Positions 27,358 through 36,260 of a stretch of 64,000 nucleotides of DNA are shown one piece after another. The first letter of the stretch is position 1, and each line of letters starts with the position of its first letter. Under the pieces are notes generated by a model, which was not told the origin of the DNA, searched no databases, and saw nothing but the letters and a program-made list of their open reading frames with translations. The stretch spans positions 160,481 through 224,480 of the forward strand of contig DASPLK010000002.1 in NCBI GenBank assembly GCA_035627595.1. The letters are read 5' to 3'. This stretch comes from Minisyncoccota bacterium. GTDB lineage: Bacteria > Patescibacteriota > Minisyncoccia > Phycocordibacterales > Phycocordibacteraceae. A program made the position numbers and the translations under genes.

Positions 27358-28662
27358 CTACTGCGTGCGGATGCCGTACGTGGTTGAGTACGAACCGTCA
27401 TCCGTCCCTTCAGGGATACGCACTTCGACCCTGAGCTCGATCTGATGCCCTGCGGCACCTGCATCGAGATCACCAGTTATGTTTAGTTCTGGTGACATGT
27501 AGGTATCTGCAGTAGAGATCTCTACAGTTGCACCATCGTTATCTGCCTGAGCAGACGAGATGCGGATATTTCCGGCTGCTGCCATGGTACCCGCGCTTCC
27601 TGTCCAGTCAGAGAAGCGCATTGCTACGCTCGTCTCATCATCAGGAACGGTAATGTTGAAGACGTAGACCCATCCGTTTGCATAGGTGCCGTCTGCAGTA
27701 CCCGTTCCATCCTCTGTCTCAATGGACACGACCGCAAGATCGTCCGTACCTGTCTCACCCTCACAGGTCTCATTCCAGACAATGACATAGCTATCACTGT
27801 CCATGTCTGTAATTGATAGCGTTGTCGTAGCAGGCGTACCCGCAGCTGCTTCTGCCTCAGTTGCGCCTGTGGTGTAGCCTACAAGGGCATACTGCGTACC
27901 TTCGCTACAGGACGCACCGGTAACCTCGTCATCGAGAACCTCTTCGATCGTATAGTCGGCACCGTGTGCGAACGACACGGTCTGCGTCTCATAGTCGATC
28001 TCGCTTGTGGTGTCGAGCGTGAACTCTCCAGAGCCGCTGCCAACGCCTTCAGGATCGTCCCAGGTTGCGTTCATGGTGAATGCGGCGCTACCTGCTGATT
28101 CTGCAGTTGCCTGGCTTCCATCAAGATACTTCATGATGGTCACCTGCGCGTCAGTATCTACCGGAGGCGTACAATCCTCGAACCATACGATCACATGCTG
28201 ATCAGTGGTGAGGTCTGTGAACGACGGATCGTCTGAAGTCGGTGCTGCGGCGGCAGCTTCGGCCTCCGTTGCGCCCGTGCTGTAGCCTGCAAGTGCAAAC
28301 TCAGCACCCTCCTCCTCACAAGAGGCGCCTAGCGCTTCGCTCGAGAGGTCAGCTTCAAGTGCGTAGTCAGCTTCCGCAGAGAGCGCAACCGTCATGGTCT
28401 CATAGCCGTTTCCGCTATCAAGATTGAAGGAGCCGCTTCCCTCTCCCGTGCTTGTTGCGTTCCAGGTCGCGTTAATTGGGAACGCGAAGTCGTCCGCGGT
28501 CACGCTCGTCGCCTGCTCGCCATCTATGTACCCATAGATGTTTACGAATACATCGCCTTCTGCAGCCTGTGTAAGACGTGCGTCTAGCAGCCCGGTGCTT
28601 CCGAGAACGAGCGCAAGTGCTACAACAGCAGCTGCGCTGAATCTAATTGGTGTAATGCTCAT
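27358..28662 (-). CDS. Secreted Thr/Ala/Gly/Asp-rich protein with two internal repeat domains.
   Basis: Signal peptide plus duplicated modules …GASCEEEGAEFALAGYSTGATEAEAAAA… and …GASCSEGTQYALVGYTTGATEAEAAAG…, each with a Cys pair. Confidence 0.5.
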   Translation of the reverse strand: MSITPIRFSAAAVVALALVLGSTGLLDARLTQAAEGDVFVNIYGYIDGEQATSVTADDFAFPINATWNATSTGEGSGSFNLDSGNGYETMTVALSAEADYALEADLSSEALGASCEEEGAEFALAGYSTGATEAEAAAAAPTSDDPSFTDLTTDQHVIVWFEDCTPPVDTDAQVTIMKYLDGSQATAESAGSAAFTMNATWDDPEGVGSGSGEFTLDTTSEIDYETQTVSFAHGADYTIEEVLDDEVTGASCSEGTQYALVGYTTGATEAEAAAGTPATTTLSITDMDSDSYVIVWNETCEGETGTDDLAVVSIETEDGTGTADGTYANGWVYVFNITVPDDETSVAMRFSDWTGSAGTMAAAGNIRISSAQADNDGATVEISTADTYMSPELNITGDLDAGAAGHQIELRVEVRIPEGTDDGSYSTTYGIRTQ

Positions 28663-28883
28663 ACGTTATGGTACTCAAGTTGCTAAGTTGCCTGATAAAC
28701 GTGTCCAAAAGGACACCGGTCAAGCAAAGAACTGCGAAGAAGCCCTGTGCCCTCGCGCGCTTTGCTTTGTGAGTGTAGAGAATGCGATATGGATAACAGG
28801 TGAATATCGGACGAGTGATTGGGCCATATGTTGACTTCATGAGGTCTTCAGCTATTTCCCTCTACGCTACTTAGGTACCAGCG

Positions 28884-30953
28884 GTGCCTACACGATTGCT
28901 ATACTCCCTACAAATGACGGCGCCGCCCCTTATAAAGAGCGTGACTCTCCGACACTGGGCCGCTGGTCTGGTGCTGATATCTGCGTACCTAGCGCTTTAT
29001 CAGCTCGCTGCGCTATATGCATATGCGCCAATCATTCTCTTTGTTGCGTCTGGAGTGTCGCTCGTTACGTTATTTTTTCTCGGAACAAGTGCTTGGTGGA
29101 TGGTTGCCATCGCAGCGTGTGTTGGAGGTCTGACAATCAAGCTCCCTGTGGAGCAGCTTATTGCCTGGGCGGCAGGTGATATTGCGGTTGCGGTTATGGG
29201 GGCGCACGCACTTACCGCACTCTCACTAGATCCAATATTTCGGAAGTTTAAAGACATGCTGTCACTCATAGTGGTGACCTTTGCTGTCGCTGCCGTATTG
29301 CCGACCGTACATTACATCGGCGTACAGTTCTCACCAGCCGTTCTCAGAGGTGTTTACCCTGGAGACGGTTTATGGAGCGCAACGTATGCCGCTGCTGTAT
29401 GTGCGCTTCTAATTACTGTCCCTTTCCTTTTGCGTTGGTTCTCCAAGCGGCGCTTCGGAAGGAGTCCTATGGAGATTCTCGAGCTGGCTGTCGTATTTGG
29501 CATTCTTGCCACCCTCGCGTACTTCATTTTCTATGTGGGAATAGGACGTGTCGGAGGCGTCTCACTTGTCTACTTCCTTCTCATTCCACTCTTCTGGATT
29601 GCGCTCAGGCTGCGCCCACGGTTTCTCACACTTGCTTTCGTTCTAATGGGTGGAATGGCAATACACAGCGCCCTAATTAATGGCGTAGACACAGAACGGC
29701 TTTTCTCCACCGAAGGCCTCCTTATCGTCCTCGCAGTCATCTTCTATATAGTCGCCTCGCTTGAGGAAGATCGTCGCCTCAATTCTAACCTCATGCGCCA
29801 TCAGCTCTCGACGCTAGAAAACGCAGTGGCGCGCGTCAGCTCAGAATCTAAAGCAAAAAATGACTTTATCGCCGTGCTTGCACATGAGCTCAGGAACCCG
29901 CTTGCTCCGGTAGTTAGTGGCATAGACCTATTAAAGCTAAAGGCAGAGCCTGACTCGGAGGACCTAGAGACGCTCACCATGATGGAGGATCGCATGCAGA
30001 TGGTTCGCAGGCTTTTGGATGACCTGCTTGATATATCGCGCATCAGCGAGAACAAGCTTCGCGTTGCGGAAGATCCGGTTGAGCTAGATGTTGTCGTGCG
30101 TCACGCAATACTCTCGACCGAGCACTATCGCAAAGAGCGTCACCAATCCTTTACGTACCGTCCGGCAGATGAGCCGTTGGTTGTGGCGGGAGACGCGACA
30201 CGGCTTGAACAGGTTGTGTCTAATCTACTGACGAATGCTTCAAAGTACACGGATCCAGGCGGCAGCATAACGCTTTTGCTCACCCGTACTGGCGAACATG
30301 CACGCATTCATGTCCGCGATAAGGGTATCGGTCTAGATCCGAGCCTACTTGAGGCCGTCTTCACGCCATTCCATCAGATTGACTCGGGCAAGCGCTCCAT
30401 AAAAGGGCTTGGAATCGGACTCGCGCTTGTCCGTAGCTTTGTTGAGATGCACGGCGGCACCGTAGAGGCGAGAAGCGAGGGAAAGGGTCAAGGAAGCGAG
30501 TTTGTCGTTACCCTCCCGCTCTTGGGGACCAGCCATGCACCCATAGAAGCTGCTGAGATACTGCCTAATCCTACGGATAGGCATAAGAGGCAACGGGTAC
30601 TTATCGTGGATGATAACGACACCGCAGCATCTGCTATAGGAAAGCTACTTGAGATACAGGGTCACAAGGTGCTATACGCGTATGACGGAGTTCAAGCGAT
30701 AGATACCGCGCGCGATAGAAAGCCAGACATAATCTTGCTTGACCTTGACCTACCTGATATGGACGGCTACGAGGTAGCCAAGCGCTTGAAGAAGCACAAA
30801 TATTCCGGGCGCATTATCGCGCTTACAGGTCTTACACCCACGAGCGCCCGAATGAAAGGCGTGCGCCTTGGGTTTGAGGAATATCTCGTTAAGCCCGTAG
30901 GAGTTGAGGAACTTAAACGAGCCCTTCATAAAGGGGTTGCCAAGCTCCCGTAA
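28884..30953 (+). CDS. Hybrid sensor histidine kinase: polytopic membrane sensor, HisKA, HATPase_c and a C-terminal receiver.
   Basis: Roughly 8 TM helices at the N-terminus; H-box FIAVLAHELRNPLAP; GxGxG region GLGIGLALVRSFVEMHGG; receiver VLIVDDN…ILLDLDLPDMDG…KP. Confidence 0.85.
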   Translation: MPTRLLYSLQMTAPPLIKSVTLRHWAAGLVLISAYLALYQLAALYAYAPIILFVASGVSLVTLFFLGTSAWWMVAIAACVGGLTIKLPVEQLIAWAAGDIAVAVMGAHALTALSLDPIFRKFKDMLSLIVVTFAVAAVLPTVHYIGVQFSPAVLRGVYPGDGLWSATYAAAVCALLITVPFLLRWFSKRRFGRSPMEILELAVVFGILATLAYFIFYVGIGRVGGVSLVYFLLIPLFWIALRLRPRFLTLAFVLMGGMAIHSALINGVDTERLFSTEGLLIVLAVIFYIVASLEEDRRLNSNLMRHQLSTLENAVARVSSESKAKNDFIAVLAHELRNPLAPVVSGIDLLKLKAEPDSEDLETLTMMEDRMQMVRRLLDDLLDISRISENKLRVAEDPVELDVVVRHAILSTEHYRKERHQSFTYRPADEPLVVAGDATRLEQVVSNLLTNASKYTDPGGSITLLLTRTGEHARIHVRDKGIGLDPSLLEAVFTPFHQIDSGKRSIKGLGIGLALVRSFVEMHGGTVEARSEGKGQGSEFVVTLPLLGTSHAPIEAAEILPNPTDRHKRQRVLIVDDNDTAASAIGKLLEIQGHKVLYAYDGVQAIDTARDRKPDIILLDLDLPDMDGYEVAKRLKKHKYSGRIIALTGLTPTSARMKGVRLGFEEYLVKPVGVEELKRALHKGVAKLP

Positions 30954-30993
30954 GTTACGTACTCTTTCGGCAGGTTAGTAGAGGAGTACGACC

Positions 30994-31659
30994 ATGCGGT
31001 TTTCCGCACTTGAAGACATGGTCGCCTTCCTCGCAAACGAGGGGGTCGACGTCGAATTCGATAACGTTGAGAAATGGGGTAAGTCCCCCGCCCAGCTCTT
31101 TGACGAATACCGAAAGGGCGAAGTTAAGTTCATGCGACATCCTCAAAACCACGAGCTCGCGCTTGAGGCTACGAGGGTACGCATACTGATCCAGACGCCA
31201 ACCGAGGTGCTGTACGAGATCTATCGACTGTACCCGAGCGGCAAACATGTGGTTCAGTTCGACGTCTCCGTCGCTTGCACTACCGAACTTCTGTTGCGAC
31301 CTGGCTGGTCGCTCTCAGAAACGGCACGAGGTGACGAGAAGTTGAGCGATACCATCGCCCGTGCTTTTGAACAGGAGCTGGGCTTGTCCATGCTCCCCGG
31401 CAACCTGCCCAAGAGCCTGATACCAATCAACGACCGGTATGCGCGCGTCACCAATCGACTCCGCTATCACCAGGACTACCATGATGTTGGTCTATATCCG
31501 CAACAGGACCCGCCACGCAGGTCCACGGTGTATCCCTTGTGGAGCATTGTGCACTCGCACTGGTTTGAGTGGAACATACCTGCTCGCCTGGTAAAAGACC
31601 CTGTACTTGTGCGTAACGACGAGGACGTACTCATACATCGTGAGTGGCGCCCGCGGTAA
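30994..31659 (+). CDS. Hypothetical protein.
   Basis: 221-aa ORF between the kinase and the receiver gene, with no recognised motif. Confidence 0.4.
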   Translation: MRFSALEDMVAFLANEGVDVEFDNVEKWGKSPAQLFDEYRKGEVKFMRHPQNHELALEATRVRILIQTPTEVLYEIYRLYPSGKHVVQFDVSVACTTELLLRPGWSLSETARGDEKLSDTIARAFEQELGLSMLPGNLPKSLIPINDRYARVTNRLRYHQDYHDVGLYPQQDPPRRSTVYPLWSIVHSHWFEWNIPARLVKDPVLVRNDEDVLIHREWRPR

Positions 31660-31764
31660 GCGGCGGATCCTAGCAGATCCGCCGCTCTCCCATTTCCATA
31701 CTTACAAACTCTTCTTCATCTTTTCTTTATGAATTTGTCTTATACTCAGCCATATAGCTAACCG

Positions 31765-32133
31765 ATGACGGATTCCTCCCACATTCTTGTTGTTGATGAT
31801 AACCAGGCCGCCGCAGATGCCCTTGTGCGCCTCATGAGGGCCCTTGGAAGCTCCGCTATCGCGGTGTACGGCCCTCACGAAGCGATTGAGCACGCGCGCA
31901 AAAGCGTCGTCCAACTCGCGTTTGTTGATATCGGCATGCCAGACATGGATGGTCATGCGCTTATACGCATACTGCGAAATGAGGGATTTGAGGGCCCAGC
32001 GTTCGCGCTTTCAGGCTATGGAGGAGAAGATGATCGCGAACGCGCTGCAGAAGCAGGGTTTACCGGGCATCTTACTAAACCAGCAAGCATGAAGGATATA
32101 AAAGAGGTACTTGATGAGTACGCGTTAGCGTAG
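31765..32133 (+). CDS. Stand-alone response-regulator receiver (CheY-like).
   Basis: ILVVDDNQAAADAL…VDIGMPDMDGHALIRIL…GHLTKP. Confidence 0.8.
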   Translation: MTDSSHILVVDDNQAAADALVRLMRALGSSAIAVYGPHEAIEHARKSVVQLAFVDIGMPDMDGHALIRILRNEGFEGPAFALSGYGGEDDRERAAEAGFTGHLTKPASMKDIKEVLDEYALA

Positions 32134-32203
32134 AGAGAATTGACAATATGAATATATTATTGTTCAGCTTGCTTCACGCAGAGTTCACGTCCATACTTCC
32201 TGC

Positions 32204-32782
32204 ATGAACACTGCATTCTCCCCTTCATCTATTACGGCTACCGCACAATCGCCCACACACTTTGATCCGATGCGTACAATTGAGTACTTTGGCGTCGTCA
32301 ATTACGGTACGAACGAACGAGTCATTGAAGAAATACGCGCCCTATACCAGGAGGATCCGGGAGCCGAGATCATACTTGCGGTTACGTCCGCAGGCGGGCC
32401 ATCAGGCACCGCCATGAGCTTTCATGACCACATGCGCTACGTGCTTAAGCCTAAGCTAGTTACTATCGGCTCAGGCGATGTCGATTCATCAGGCGTCATC
32501 ATTTTGCTCTCAGGCTCACGTAAGTACGTAACCAAGAACACGACGCTTCTACTTCATCTTGCCGGCCGCGTATTTGATGGAAACCAGCGATACACGGCAA
32601 AGGAAATAGATGCCATGCTCCGCGAGGATCGACTTAAGGATTTTCAGTACGCATCTATTGTCGCTGAATCATCAAATGGTCTGCTGACTACTGAAAAAGT
32701 TCTTGAACTCATGGAGCGAAACACGATACTTACTCCAGTCGATCTTATGGCATACGGCCTCGTTGACGCAGTATTGGAGTAA
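32204..32782 (+). CDS. ClpP/S14-like serine peptidase family protein.
   Basis: …TIGSGDVDSSGVIILLSGSRKYVTKNTTLLLHLAG… aligns to the ClpP GxAASMG…MIHQP region with Ser and His retained. Confidence 0.5.
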   Translation: MNTAFSPSSITATAQSPTHFDPMRTIEYFGVVNYGTNERVIEEIRALYQEDPGAEIILAVTSAGGPSGTAMSFHDHMRYVLKPKLVTIGSGDVDSSGVIILLSGSRKYVTKNTTLLLHLAGRVFDGNQRYTAKEIDAMLREDRLKDFQYASIVAESSNGLLTTEKVLELMERNTILTPVDLMAYGLVDAVLE

Positions 32783-32872
32783 CGGCTGAGCTCCTTAACG
32801 GCTGCTTTACGCACTGCTCGGTATGGTGTGCGTGTCGATCGACACATTACACGCATAACTGACGAATAGCGT

Positions 32873-33055
32873 ATGGCAAATAACAACAGTGGCGGTCGCG
32901 GCTTTGCAAGCATGGATGAGGCAAAGCAGCGCGAGATCGCAAGCAAGGGTGGAAAGGCTGCCCACGAGAAGGGCACCGCCCACGAGTTTGACAGCAACTC
33001 GGCTCGTGAGGCAGGACGCAAGGGTGGTCAGGCCAGCCGTGGCGGCAATGGCTGA
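32873..33055 (+). CDS. KGG-repeat general stress protein (YciG/Con-10 type).
   Basis: MANNNSGGRGFASMDEAKQREIASKGGKAAHEKG…AREAGRKGGQASRGGNG. Confidence 0.6.
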   Translation: MANNNSGGRGFASMDEAKQREIASKGGKAAHEKGTAHEFDSNSAREAGRKGGQASRGGNG

Positions 33056-33077
33056 TCAGTTGATTTCCAGTAATTAG

Positions 33078-33110
33078 CAAAACACCCCGCTCGCGCGGGG
33101 TGTTTTGCCT
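33078..33110 (+). terminator. Rho-independent terminator.
   Basis: caaaacaccccgc-tcgc-gcggggtgttttg with a flanking T-run. Confidence 0.7.
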
Positions 33111-33395
33111 TACCGTGCACGCTTCCCTCCTGTCGCTTTATTAGATCGAGCAGCTTTGCCCTTGCCTGCGATGCGGCCGGCTTTACCAGATCGTTGCGCC
33201 TTAAGTCGCGCTTCCTTCTGCTCGGCGTCCATACCGCTCAGTTTGTTTCGTGTTGGCATGCCCTACTGTAACCTGCATCCGCGTGTATGAATGATGAATC
33301 ACAGGCGTCACGGAAGCATCATGGTCCATATTGCAATACTTGGTATATAGCTGAGTACCGCATTACACGACTAGAGCCAGTAGTGACATTTCCGC

Positions 33396-34484
33396 ATGCC
33401 GAACTTCATACACGGGTTAAAACTCAATGCCGGTTTCTTTAAAGATGTCGTAGGCCCATTGATGGCTAGACACTTTCCAGGGCTGCGTTATTCCGCAGGG
33501 CTCGTGGGTCACGGTTCAGATGTTCTAGGCTTTGATTCGCGCACCTCTGTAGACCACGACTGGGGGCCCCATCTCCACATCTTCCTATCAAGCGTCGACT
33601 TTGTTGGTACGCATACGCAGATAAACGAGATGCTGCAGCATCAGCTCCCTTACTCATATCGCGGCTATCCAACAAACTTTATAGAGGGAGATAGATATCG
33701 AAAGCATATACCGAAGCTCATCACGGAAGGGCCGGTGAACCATTTGTTCCGCTTTTGGACGCTTCCTTCATTCTTTGACCACTACCTCGGTTTTGATGTT
33801 CGTAGGAAGCCTTCGCTGAAAGATTGGCTTCTTTTCCCGCAGCAGGCACTTATCGAGGTGACTGCTGGCGAGCTGTATCACGACGACCTGGGCATACAGA
33901 AAGTACGGAACGAGTTTGCCTACTTCCCTGATGACATCTGGAAGTACCTCATGCGCGTGCAGTGGGGAAAGCTGGTTGATGAACTTCAAACGCAGGCTCG
34001 TACGGGAGAAGAGGATGATGCGCTAGGATCGCAAGTTGTAGCGGGACGCACGGTGCATAAGATCATGTTCCTATGCTTCCTTATGGAACGTCGCTATGCG
34101 CCGTATAGCAAGTGGTTCGGGTCTGCCTTCCGAGCGTGGCTTCCTTCTGGCGGGAAGCTCTACCCGCTTTTGCAGAAGGTGCTCAAGGAACAGGACTGGC
34201 AGCGTCGGCAAAAGCTCCTCATGCGCATCTATCAGATGGTGGGCAGGATGCATAACCAGCTTGGCATCACCCCACCACTATCAACCAAGCCTATGGACTT
34301 CTATGGTCGCGGGTACCCAGTTATCGACGCGTGGCAGTACGTTGAGGAGATTGAAAAGACAATTCGAAACCCGAAGTTACGAAAGATGAAATACCCCTTG
34401 GGAAGCGTCGATCAATTTATTGATCATGCGCGCACCAATCAACTCGAGTACTTCTACCTGGACCTGAAGGACGTAATTAAATAG
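33396..34484 (+). CDS. Pol-beta-type nucleotidyltransferase domain protein with a C-terminal DUF4037-like helical region.
   Basis: GHGSDVLGFDSRTSVDHDWG matches hG[GS]x9-13Dh[DE] of minimal nucleotidyltransferases; total length 362 aa. Confidence 0.5.
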   Translation: MPNFIHGLKLNAGFFKDVVGPLMARHFPGLRYSAGLVGHGSDVLGFDSRTSVDHDWGPHLHIFLSSVDFVGTHTQINEMLQHQLPYSYRGYPTNFIEGDRYRKHIPKLITEGPVNHLFRFWTLPSFFDHYLGFDVRRKPSLKDWLLFPQQALIEVTAGELYHDDLGIQKVRNEFAYFPDDIWKYLMRVQWGKLVDELQTQARTGEEDDALGSQVVAGRTVHKIMFLCFLMERRYAPYSKWFGSAFRAWLPSGGKLYPLLQKVLKEQDWQRRQKLLMRIYQMVGRMHNQLGITPPLSTKPMDFYGRGYPVIDAWQYVEEIEKTIRNPKLRKMKYPLGSVDQFIDHARTNQLEYFYLDLKDVIK

Positions 34485-34486
34485 AT

Positions 34487-35785
34487 ATGTTCCGCCACGA
34501 CCTGCTGCATGAAATAAAGAAAGAGCGTCAACAGGTGAGCTTCGTATATCCGTACTACGGACGCCTTTCCATAGCTGAAATACCCCCTACGATTCAACAT
34601 CTATTTGGCATTGCTACCGAGCGTCCCGTACTGCCGTTTGCCGCTGACTGGAACCATGGGTATCAGAAGATACTTTTTCTGTTCGTGGACGGATTTGGCT
34701 ACCGACATTTTACAGACTATGGAGGCAGATTTTCTTTCTTTAAGCGCCTAGCTCGTGAGGGAACGGTTTACCCTCTTACGTCAGTGTTTCCGTCGACGAC
34801 ACCGGCGGCACTGACGGCACTTCACACAAGCCTAACGCCTCAGGAACATGGTCTTCCGGAGTGGACTGTGTATTTCGATGAGTTCGAGCGCATCATAGAG
34901 CCATTCCCGTTCAGACCCCACCTTTCCGATGGACGAGAGACGCTTATACGCGAGGGCGGAACTCCCGAAATGCTATTTGATGGTATCACGCAATACGAGC
35001 AACTTAAGAAGCACGGCGTTGCGTCATATGTTTATACGCCAGAAACGTACGCAGATAGCGCCTATAGCCGTGCAAGCCAGAAAGGATCGACGATCGTACC
35101 CTTTTCCGACGTCGCTGATCTGTTCACGAAGCTTGTAGATAACCTGACGCAGGTAAGCGGACCTGCATATTATTTCGTTCCCTGGTATGCCGTAGATCAG
35201 TCCGAGCACATATTCGGACCTCGGTCAGAAGAACATTTGGGCGCGCTTGCAGAACTGTCCGATAATCTTGAGCGCTTGCTGCTAGATAATCTCTCAGAGG
35301 AAGCTGTCAAGAACATACTATTTATGCTCTCCTCCGATCACGGTCAAACCACAGTGCATAACGAGGACATTATCTATTTGAACTCCTATATAGAATTGGA
35401 GGAGAGCTATCAATGGACAAAGGATTCTCGTTCCATTCTTCCCACCGGAGCACCGCACGATGTGTTTTTGCATATTTATAAGCCCAAGATCGCACATACA
35501 CTCAACTTTCTACGAACCATGCTCGAGGGGAAGGCTGAGGTGCTAACAACAGAGGAGGCGCTCTCACGGGGATTGTTCGGGTTTAATGAGCCGAGCGAGC
35601 GATTCAAACGGCGCATTGGAGACGTGCTCATACTCCCATATGAGGGGTACCACGTCTGGTACAAGCACATGCCCGGTCTTGAGTACGGAGGCAGGGGCAT
35701 ACACGGCGGCCTATCGCAGGAAGAGATGCTTGTGCCTCTTGCGATAGCACCGCTCTCTTCGCTTATACAAAGGTCTAAATCTTAG
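34487..35785 (+). CDS. Alkaline-phosphatase-superfamily nucleotide pyrophosphatase/phosphodiesterase (type I phosphodiesterase/NPP family).
   Basis: FLFVDGFGYRHF (metal site 1) and SVFPSTTPAALTALHTSLTPQEHGL (Thr-nucleophile region, cf. PTxTxPNH…TG..P..HGI). A 3-nt gap separates it from the nucleotidyltransferase gene. Confidence 0.65.
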   Translation: MFRHDLLHEIKKERQQVSFVYPYYGRLSIAEIPPTIQHLFGIATERPVLPFAADWNHGYQKILFLFVDGFGYRHFTDYGGRFSFFKRLAREGTVYPLTSVFPSTTPAALTALHTSLTPQEHGLPEWTVYFDEFERIIEPFPFRPHLSDGRETLIREGGTPEMLFDGITQYEQLKKHGVASYVYTPETYADSAYSRASQKGSTIVPFSDVADLFTKLVDNLTQVSGPAYYFVPWYAVDQSEHIFGPRSEEHLGALAELSDNLERLLLDNLSEEAVKNILFMLSSDHGQTTVHNEDIIYLNSYIELEESYQWTKDSRSILPTGAPHDVFLHIYKPKIAHTLNFLRTMLEGKAEVLTTEEALSRGLFGFNEPSERFKRRIGDVLILPYEGYHVWYKHMPGLEYGGRGIHGGLSQEEMLVPLAIAPLSSLIQRSKS

Positions 35786-36194
35786 AGAGACAGGAGTCGC
35801 ACTTACAGCGGCCTCCGGAAAGGTACTCATCAAAGTACTCTTTGCCGTAGTCGTAGGTTATCGCTTCACCTGCTTCGATCGGTCGTAAGGAAAAGATAAA
35901 AATGCGCCCTTTATGTATGATCGCCTCACTATTTGGATTGCAGGAGTGATTGATGTAACGAGCAGTGTTCTCGCGCATAGAGCCGTCAATTGTCTTGGTC
36001 CTTGATACGGTGAAAAGATAGCGGCTACGGCTATTCTCTTCCTCCTCCTTAGATATCGTTCGACCTACGTATTCGATAATGCAGGCATTCTCTGGAATAC
36101 TCTCGCCTGCGTACAGTCCGAGCCCCATGCCTTTGACGGCTCGACGGACAGAAAGCTTTAGTGGAAGTGGTGCGTAGGTGCGACGTGTACTCAT
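35775..36194 (-). CDS. SET-domain protein (putative lysine methyltransferase).
   Basis: …RYINHSCNPNSEAI…ITYDYG… followed by a post-SET CKCDSC; 139 aa. Confidence 0.75.
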   Translation of the reverse strand: MSTRRTYAPLPLKLSVRRAVKGMGLGLYAGESIPENACIIEYVGRTISKEEEENSRSRYLFTVSRTKTIDGSMRENTARYINHSCNPNSEAIIHKGRIFIFSLRPIEAGEAITYDYGKEYFDEYLSGGRCKCDSCLSKI

Positions 36195-36260
36195 GACGAC
36201 CCATAGTACCGTACGAACCCAGGGTTTTGCTAGGAGCTAGCTCTATGGCAAGGTATAGGT

